Both the position numbers and the translations under genes were made by a program. Below are positions 49,208 through 49,394 of a stretch of 49,394 nucleotides of DNA, in pieces. The stretch's first letter is position 1; each line of letters starts with the position of its first letter. The notes below the pieces were generated by a model. The model made no database searches, was not told the origin of the DNA, and saw only the letters and a list, made by a program, of their open reading frames with translations. Source of the DNA: Candidatus Woesearchaeota archaeon (GTDB taxonomy: Archaea; Nanobdellota; Nanobdellia; SCGC-AAA011-G17; GW2011-AR20). Location of the stretch: positions 1 through 49,394 of the forward strand of contig JAGVZK010000021.1 of the NCBI GenBank assembly GCA_018302685.1, read 5' to 3'.

Positions 49208-49394
49208 TGATGCTATTTTTAATATCTTTTGTTTTTCTTCATCATCAAGAGAATAATAACTTAAAAATGGAAAATCAAATTCTCTTATATATTTAATTTG
49301 AGGGGGATAATCTTTTGAAGTTAAAACCGTGAGTGTATTTCTAATTAAAGAATTAATTATATCTTTAATTGTTAATGCTTTATTGTAAATATAC

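Overview
This 49.4-kb window is AT-rich and archaeal. It carries EF-1alpha, ribosomal proteins S10/L7Ae/S28e/L24e, Kae1, Elp3, diphthine synthase, Rad50/Mre11 and intron-containing tRNAs. The small, tightly packed genes, gyrase, a tRNA-Ile(UAU) and many orphan surface proteins suggest a DPANN-like lineage, but that is inference, not proof. Most genes are housekeeping. The accessory content is: (1) a translationally coupled seven-gene minus-strand operon (15638-26324) joining a MoxR AAA+/DUF58/VWA module to LamG-type and giant glycoprotein-like surface proteins. Its LamG gene is split by an exact 77-bp tandem duplication, and a G5 tract sits at the junction with the giant gene. (2) A type IV pilin-like protein carries a paralogous LamG module (33785-34894). 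(3) gyrB holds a 516-aa LAGLIDADG intein inside the Toprim acidic motif. (4) Three tRNAs are present: Val(UAC), an intron-containing Ile(UAU), and a Tyr(GUA) with a 50-nt intron plus a second ~21-nt insertion. (5) An AT-richer segment with a tyrosine recombinase starts next to tRNA-Tyr and runs off the window. (6) A wHTH plus nucleotidyltransferase-fold pair lies beside tRNA-Val. (7) A decayed Fic gene is present. No CRISPR array, rRNA or reverse transcriptase was seen. All family assignments come from motif recognition by eye and need HMM or structure confirmation.
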